Assembly (NCBI GenBank): GCA_012295275.1 | Contig: CM022665.1 | Span: 2,976,001 to 3,040,000 of the forward strand | DNA: 64,000 nt | Origin: Chrysomallon squamiferum | Lineage: Eukaryota > Animalia > Mollusca | Direction: 5' to 3' | In this document: positions 56,891 to 64,000 of the stretch, in pieces | Numbering within the stretch: the first letter of the stretch is position 1 | Layout of the letters: each line of letters begins with the position of its first letter | Translations under genes and position numbers: made by a program | Notes under the pieces: model-generated | What the model saw: the letters and a program-made list of their open reading frames with translations, nothing else | What the model was told of the DNA's origin: nothing | Database searches by the model: none

Positions 56891-57200
56891 TACTTCAAAA
56901 GTAGATGAAGTATATTTAATTTGAAATTAAAAAAAATGTATCTAAATATATTTTCATTAATATTTAAAACTTTATATGTTTGATTCTGGGTCCAAATAAC
57001 CTAAATACACTTTGTACCTTTTTATTATGGTAACCAGTCTTTCCTCATAATAAAGTTTAACAATAAAATAATGTAGACTGCTATTTTGTCTTTTGTACTC
57101 ATCCTATGATAAAATATAAATAACAAAAATTGCATTTTGATTTTGGTTGTATATCATGATATGCTTTATATATTTTAAATTATTATTGTTGTTACAATTT

Positions 57201-57204
<4 letters not shown>

Positions 57205-57234
<30 letters not shown>
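57205..57234. repeat. (TG)n microsatellite
   Basis: About 15 consecutive TG units. Confidence 0.9.
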
Positions 57235-57237
<3 letters not shown>

Positions 57238-60200
57238 ACATATGTATATATATTTTCCAAATGTTTTACACTTTTCTTTCCTAATACTGTAATTATTGAT
57301 TGGTATGGAAATTTTAGCCCATAATATATCAGGAGATTTTGCCTTAATTCAGATCCATGTTGTATTCAGTTTCACTTTAAATAGACACACACATACGTAA
57401 GAACAACATGCAAGTCGATTTATAATTTTTTTTTTTTTTTTTGCATCCAGTTTTGTTCTTTTATCGTATGTTTTTTATCCGCTCACCTTTTGCAGAAAAA
57501 AAAATCACATCCAGATTATTTGGATTTATTATTATTTTTTGAAGAGAACACAAAGAGATGGTCAATAAGACAATATGAATGAAGTAAACACGAGCTGTCT
57601 TGTTTGTGATCACTCACTGGATCAGGTGCAGTCAGCGCGGCAGAGGAGAATCAATGTGATCGATGTTTTTCTCAAAGTCCTTTTTTCACAGTCCACGCTG
57701 ACACACAACAAAGGTGTATGGATGGATCTGCCTGCACCATGGAGATAGAGAAGTGTTTTTTAAAACACTTATTAAGTGAATAAATTTATCTTTGATGCTT
57801 TAATCAACATATTGATTAGTTTTCTTAAGCTTCCCACAATATCACCATGACCTGCTCACAGTGACATGAATCATTGCGTGATTTGTAAAATGAGGAAACG
57901 TGATTTTTAAATATTAATTCTGCCATGGAAGTAATCAGATTGTTATTACCATCATCGTTATTATTATTATTATTAAATTAGCCTGTTACATAATTACTTT
58001 GTTTTAATATTAATGTGATGGATTTGATGGGGTGTTTTTATTTTATTTTATTTTATTTATTTATCTATTTATTTATTTATATTTTAATTTTGTATAGTGA
58101 TGATGAACTGAATTTCACCTCCAAGCACCCAGTTTATTTAAAATGAATTTTCTTACAGACTTTTGAAAGTTCTGTCCACTCAACAAGAAATATTAACAAG
58201 AAACAAACCCTTTTTCCAGCTTCATCTCTCACTGAAAGGTATTCATTTGTTACTGAAAATGCAATATAAATATGTGAAATTTTGAAAATTTATTTGTATC
58301 ATGAGTAATTATAAATTTTACACTCTTAAAATTATGAACTCGATTTACAGACATGCAGTATGATCTTTGTGGATCCTTAAACATCTGCAGAACACAGGTT
58401 ATGAAGCACTGATGTAGAACAATATTCATTTTCTTTTCTTTCTTGTTTTTGTGCTGTTAAATGACGTTTTCTTCTAATTATTCTTTTTCTTTTTAATTTT
58501 TTAAAATAAAAATAACTCAAAATTAGATCGTTAATATATTCTATAAAAAATTATATACCGCATATAATTAAAGTATGATTCTGCATGCCCCTAAAAATAC
58601 AAGCTTTTCTTTTCTTTATTTCTTTTGTTTTGTTTTTAGATTTTAAGAGCAATTGTTCCTGTTTAATTTAAGTATACACACAAGTATCTTTAAAACTACA
58701 GGTACTTTCTTTATGTATTTCAAAGGCGGCACAAAAATACATAAATTTGATTGAAAGTCTTCTGCTACAGTGACATTCTACATGACTACTTCATTTGATG
58801 CCCGAAGCCAAATTTGTTACATTTTCATAACCTAACTGATTCTCACAAAAAGAGGTACATACCTATCAAGTCTTGTTTAGCAATATTAATCTCAGGAATG
58901 ATGATAAGTAACAATGAAATGAAATTCACAATATTTTGAGGGGTTTTAATTAGTTTTGGGGGGTTTTTAATTTGCTTTTATTTTATTTTATTTTTATTTT
59001 ATTTTATTTTATTTTTTATTTTATTTTATTGCATGTATTTATTATTTTTAATTTTAATTTTATTTATTTATCTATTTTTATTTTATATCTATTTTTTTCT
59101 ATTTAAATGGTTTTTTTATTAGTTTGAATTAGTTACAAAAAAACAAAAGGTAAAAAAAAAAAAAAAAAAAACCTTTATTGTAATATTTATATGTATTATT
59201 TTTATTATTATTAAACTCCAGACATTTATATTTAACTTTTAAACCAAAACAATACTTTCATTTAAGAAGCCCAAACAAAAAACAATAATCAGAATTTAAA
59301 TCAAAGGAGATAATTTTGGACAATCACACACACAAATGCTTGTGTTTAATCCTACAAATCCAAAATTAAAGTCTTTTGTTTCTAACAAAATTGTTTAAAA
59401 AATAAATTCCACATTTGATATGATATTTTTATTTCTCAAACACAGTGTGGGACAGAAGGATTAAGTATTGTGTGTAAAACAGTTTAAGTGTGTGCCATTA
59501 CATTCTACCAGATTCCATGACCAAACTTCAGTCTACAACAAAAACTGAACAAAGAACAGTATCAAATATTTTACATAAAAATTGAAAAGAAAATTTATCA
59601 AATATTTGATGCCAACAGTCACAGAGAATACAACCGTTTCTTTTTTTTTTTGCCATTTCTTTTTTTTTTTTTTTTTTTTTTTTCATTTCACTTTAAATTG
59701 TTTTGAACTTCCTGTTTGTAAAACAAAAATAAAGAGACAGTGTGTTCCTCGCAGTTTCCGAAAAGTGAACTCTTTAAATTGTAACACTTAGGAATTTAAG
59801 GAAAATGAGTAATGCAAACACCGTTCATGAGTTTCAATTTGTGTAAATATTAAAGTATTTGCCAGTTAATCTGCCTGTTGACTTTGAAGGGGATGATACA
59901 AGAAAACAATGGTGAACACATCTGTGGAGGATCCCAGGCAAGACAAAGTGTGTGCTTGCTAACCTTTTGCAGCATTAGGAGAAATGCTTACCAGTGCAGT
60001 GGACTAAGGCTGGACTTAATGTTGTTTGATATTGCTTATACAACGACTGGTTCAAATCTCCACACAGAAAACAATGACGATATTTTTTAATTTTTTTTTA
60101 GAGTACTTTTAACACAGAAATAAAAAATATTATATTAGATATTTTTTTTTTTTTTTTTTTTTTTTTTGTAGAACCTTGTTTTTCATTGTCTGGTGTTGTT

Positions 60201-60428
60201 GTTAATAACAGTATTAATACTGGTTGAAAAAAATCCAGATTAATGTTTATATGTTAATAAACATTTCATACAAATAAATCTTGAATGTTACTGATGATCT
60301 GTCCCCAAGCATTTTAGATTTTAGATAAAACAGTTGTTGACCTGCAGATAATTAGAAATAACAGAGGTAAGAGTAAAACAATAAAATATTTTATTATTAT
60401 CTTTGTTGTTATGAAAAAATCCTCTATA

Positions 60429-60462
<34 letters not shown>

Positions 60463-61572
60463 CTTTAATATATATTTTTTTAATTTCTAATTTTTCACTT
60501 TCTGAAAACAGAATATTTAATTTCCATCTAGTTAATTAGTCAGACAAGATGAGCCCAACCCTGAAATTTAACCCATCAGACAGGTTTCTTGCAGTTCATG
60601 AGAAAAAAGAACATAAAAAAAAAACATTAAACATTTATGCCCACCCACAACCCTGTCTAGCTGAAGGATCAAAAGAAAGTTGACTTGCAAAGAAAAGTCA
60701 TTTAACTTTACGAGTGTATGACATCATCGAAGGACAACATGCAAGAAAAGAAACTTTATTCAAGAAGTGTGTAATTAATTATGTCAAAGACTGGGATGGT
60801 CTGCAGATGAAGCTCCTTGTCATTTGATAGGAAGAAAGCAAATTAACTATTTATAATTTTGCAGCATCACAAGTTATTAATTAAAGTTTGGTGTGCACCT
60901 TTCGCTCACATTTCAAATTACTTTTGGTTTTTGTGGTTGGTTACTGTACATGTTTTAAAAATATATGAGTGCTGGGCAGTGTCTGTTTGCAGAAGATTCT
61001 GAATCAGCATTATATTGTGCAGAATTGGCAGATTGTTTTAATAAACATTGATAGATGGCATATCAATAGAATTGCTTTCTGAAATATTAAGAAATAAGTA
61101 ACTACTAATTTTTTCATTTTAACAGTATCAGTGTATCAGTAACTAAAATCACCTATGAAATCTATATATCCAGAAATAAAATAACTAATATAAATAAAAC
61201 ATCATATGAGATTAATAAATTACCAGCTATTTAATAAAAATACTAATAATAAATTTAAAAATAAAAATTAAATTCAGCCCATGTAAAATAAGATTGTATA
61301 TATTTTATTAGCTTATTTTAACATTTCTAAATTCTTTTTTATAATCACAATAGACTATTATTTGGATATTTAAAATTTATTAACAATATTTTAATGAAAA
61401 ATTTAACATGAATGTGTTGTTATTTTTTTCTCCCCTTGTTCTCAAAGAAATAAAAACTCCAGGAAATTAAATTTGTAGACATGTATAAATATTTTCACAG
61501 ATTCAGTAATAATAGATAAATTAATTAAGTTTTTATTTGAAATTCATTCAGTCTCCCAGAGTAACACGTATA

Positions 61573-61851
61573 TTTAGCTTAACAATTAGGAGTGCTCGGG
61601 TACAACTGGTTGTAAGATCAAACCTCCATTGCATACTAATCAAGTTATTTCTGGTTCCAGCCAGTCTAAGATGTATATATATGTATTATAAACAGTCTTA
61701 GTATGTGTTATTGCATCTTGGTCTCTCACTGCAAAGATAATGTATAAAATGGTTGCTGTGGTTTTATTACGCAAGCGACATACAATTAACCTGTAATAAT
61801 CAATAACATTAAAAGAATATGAGATGACAATACAGATTCATTCATTTATTC
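61573..61851 (+). mobile_element. Decayed tRNA-derived SINE (MetaSINE-like)
   Basis: Degenerate A/B-box-like head (TAGCTTAACAATTAGGAGTGCTC...GATCAAACC), body motif GTTATTTCTGGTTCCAGCCAGT recalled from gastropod SINEs, and an (ATTC)n tail. Confidence 0.55.
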
Positions 61852-61856
61852 AACAG

Positions 61857-61952
61857 ATCTCTTCAAACTAAGCTGCAGATTTTTCAGCTCTGTTCTCCAT
61901 CCTGGCATGTGAAGCACCACATCTGTCTACATCTAAAGACCAGACTAATGAG
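61857..61952 (+). other. Candidate exon of an unidentified downstream gene
   Basis: Acceptor ttcatttattcaacAG and a consensus donor (GAG|GTAAGT) flank a GC-elevated segment of about 96 nt that ends ...ATGAG. Confidence 0.45.
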
Positions 61953-62802
61953 GTAAGTATATTTTAATGATGACAATAATAATAAAATATTTATCTATAA
62001 ATACTGGTCACGTTTAGAGATTGCAAGTAGACTTCACAGCATTTCAGTTATGTGATTATAAAATTATTATTAATTGTTGATCAGAACTTGTATTATGTTT
62101 AAGTCATTAAAAAAAGACTTCTTTGTCTTCAGTAATAATGATAGTAAAAAATAATAATAATAGTTCAGAGAATTTCTTTATGTATATAATAAATTATATG
62201 TTATGAAATTTTGTAGCTGATATAATTAAGCGTTATTATGTATGTAAATAAATTGTCTGAACTATAATATAATAAGAAGAAGAAGAAAAAGAAGAAGAAT
62301 TAATTCATTTCAAGCTATATATCTGTTCTTATCTTTTATATTCTATGTGAAATGTTTTATTTATTTACAACATTGTATCAAACGGCAGTGTAGCTTTAAT
62401 GTATTCTTCGCCATACCAAAATATTTCTGTTTGTATAGGTTGCTAGACAAATTATGACAAACAGACAAGATAATCACTTCTGGACACCAGCAGATTAATT
62501 ATTTGTTTATAACTTCTGTTACAGTTTTTTTTCTCAAACATTTGTCTATGCCCTTCCAACATGTTTTATGTTTTGTTGTGACCAAACTGCTTCAGAACAT
62601 TCCTAGTTACTCGTTTTTCTTCACTGTCAGTAATTTACATGTCAAATGATACGTTTGAGTTTTTTTCCTGTTCTGACAGATGTGTTGTCAGATATCTTTC
62701 ATTCTGTTTCAAGTTAAAGCATAAATTTTGTGGTATCACCTAAACAAATGTTGTACATTCACAACTTCACTGTTGAAGTTGTTAGTAATGGCGAGTTTTT
62801 CA

Positions 62803-62868
62803 TGTTGATGATGATGATGATGGTGATGATGATTATGATGGTGATGATGATGATGATGGTGATGATGA
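62803..62868. repeat. (GAT)n imperfect trinucleotide microsatellite
   Basis: Run of GAT units interrupted by GGT and TAT. Confidence 0.9.
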
Positions 62869-63334
62869 AGCATAGCAATGATTTAATATGTTTGTGATAT
62901 TTTTTCGTTTCATTGTGACTTTATTTAAAATATAAAAATTTAAAAAAACAAGAATAAAAAACTGTTTCATAAAATAAAAATTAACAGAATGCTGTCTGTG
63001 TGCTGTGTATGAAAAGTTATACAGATTTAATCAAACTGAGATATTTTATTCTGTTACACAGTGTTTGACAAATATTATTATGTAACAAGATCTTTCTTTT
63101 GACATTTGGGTCAAAGTAGATGATTACCAGTCTAGTGACTGAAAGTACTTATATTTGACCTTTTATTAGTAAGTGATATGACCATAGTTTGGTTATCACT
63201 GCAGATTTATATATATATATATAAGCATTAGCAATATGAAGTTCCACATTTAACTGTCAAGAAGACAAACAGTTTTTAAATGGTATTATATTATCATTGT
63301 TGTTCTTTGAAAATAAATAAATAATATAATAATA

Positions 63335-63460
63335 TAGTGATATCTTTCATATATCACTCAAGTTCAAATTATTATTTTATTTATTTTAGCAATGTCTGTC
63401 ATATATCACTCTAGTTCAAAATATTATTTTATTTATTTTAGTGATGTCTATCATATATAT
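63335..63460. repeat. 52-bp tandem repeat, about 2.4 copies
   Basis: Units start at 63335, 63387 and 63439: TAG(TG/CA)AT(A/G)TCTnTCATATATCACTC(A/T)AGTTCAAA(T/A)TATTATTTTATTTATTT. Confidence 0.85.
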
Positions 63461-64000
63461 TCCTACATTACACAATTTTATTGCTTTAGCTCTTGGCCCT
63501 AGTATGTGTGATTATGCAGTAAAAATTTAAAAATTGGCAGAAAATAAAAATGTCTGATTCAGAAACTTCTGTGTTTATATCACTCACCTAGGAACAGAAA
63601 TACTGTTGCAATAAAACATATCAGATTTTAGATTTAACAAATTATTTACGTGCTATTATATTAAACAAAAGTGAAATCTATGGCAACCATAAAAAATAAT
63701 CTCTGTTTGAAGAGAGTTCATGTTTTAGTATTCTAACAGCTAGTAAAACACATCAGTGACTATTAAAACTGACATTTGTATCTCAGTCAGATTAATAATA
63801 GCAAACAGAATGTAAACACTGGCAGGAATGATTTTGAAAGTTGACATGAGCACATGCACCTAATCTGTTTAAAAAAAATAACCATCAGCATAGATGTTCA
63901 TGAGTGTGCACACATGCACAGACACAAACACACACACACAGGCCTACATACATACATGCACACACATGTTTATTAACATATATTTACATAAATGTATACA

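Noticed and set aside
50967-59791. F/K/I-rich short ORFs (e.g. 50967-51203, 52221-52427, 59582-59791)
   Set aside because: Products of poly-T/poly-A tracts and AT-rich composition.
63335-63460. Repeat array as CRISPR-like
   Set aside because: Head-to-tail tandem units without unique spacers, in eukaryotic DNA.

Overview
AT-rich, intron-dense animal genomic DNA; the repeat content suggests a mollusc, probably a gastropod (inference). Nothing here is prokaryotic. Hand-splicing at GT-AG sites gives five protein-coding genes: the last exon of CFAP36 (+); a complete 35-exon EML5/EML6-type gene (+, 4570-22176, 1964 aa); a 2-exon, 140-aa TEX55-like docking-domain gene (-); a 24-exon NVL AAA+ ATPase (-, 826 aa); and a 10-exon TIMM50 (+, 385 aa), head-to-head with NVL across only 148 bp. 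Introns and intergenic DNA hold decayed transposons missed or misread by the ORF track: two pogo/Tigger elements with TIRs and transposase HTH remnants, an hAT transposase fragment, an I/Nimb-type LINE 3' end, an RTE-like 5' leader, SINEs and MITEs. The last 12 kb has no recognisable host CDS but shows candidate 5' exons of a further + strand gene. I found no convincing novel biological system. The best leads are the minimal TEX55-like gene, the CFAP36-EML linkage, the RTE-like leader and unexplained exon-like segments. All family assignments are from recall of motifs; no searches were run.
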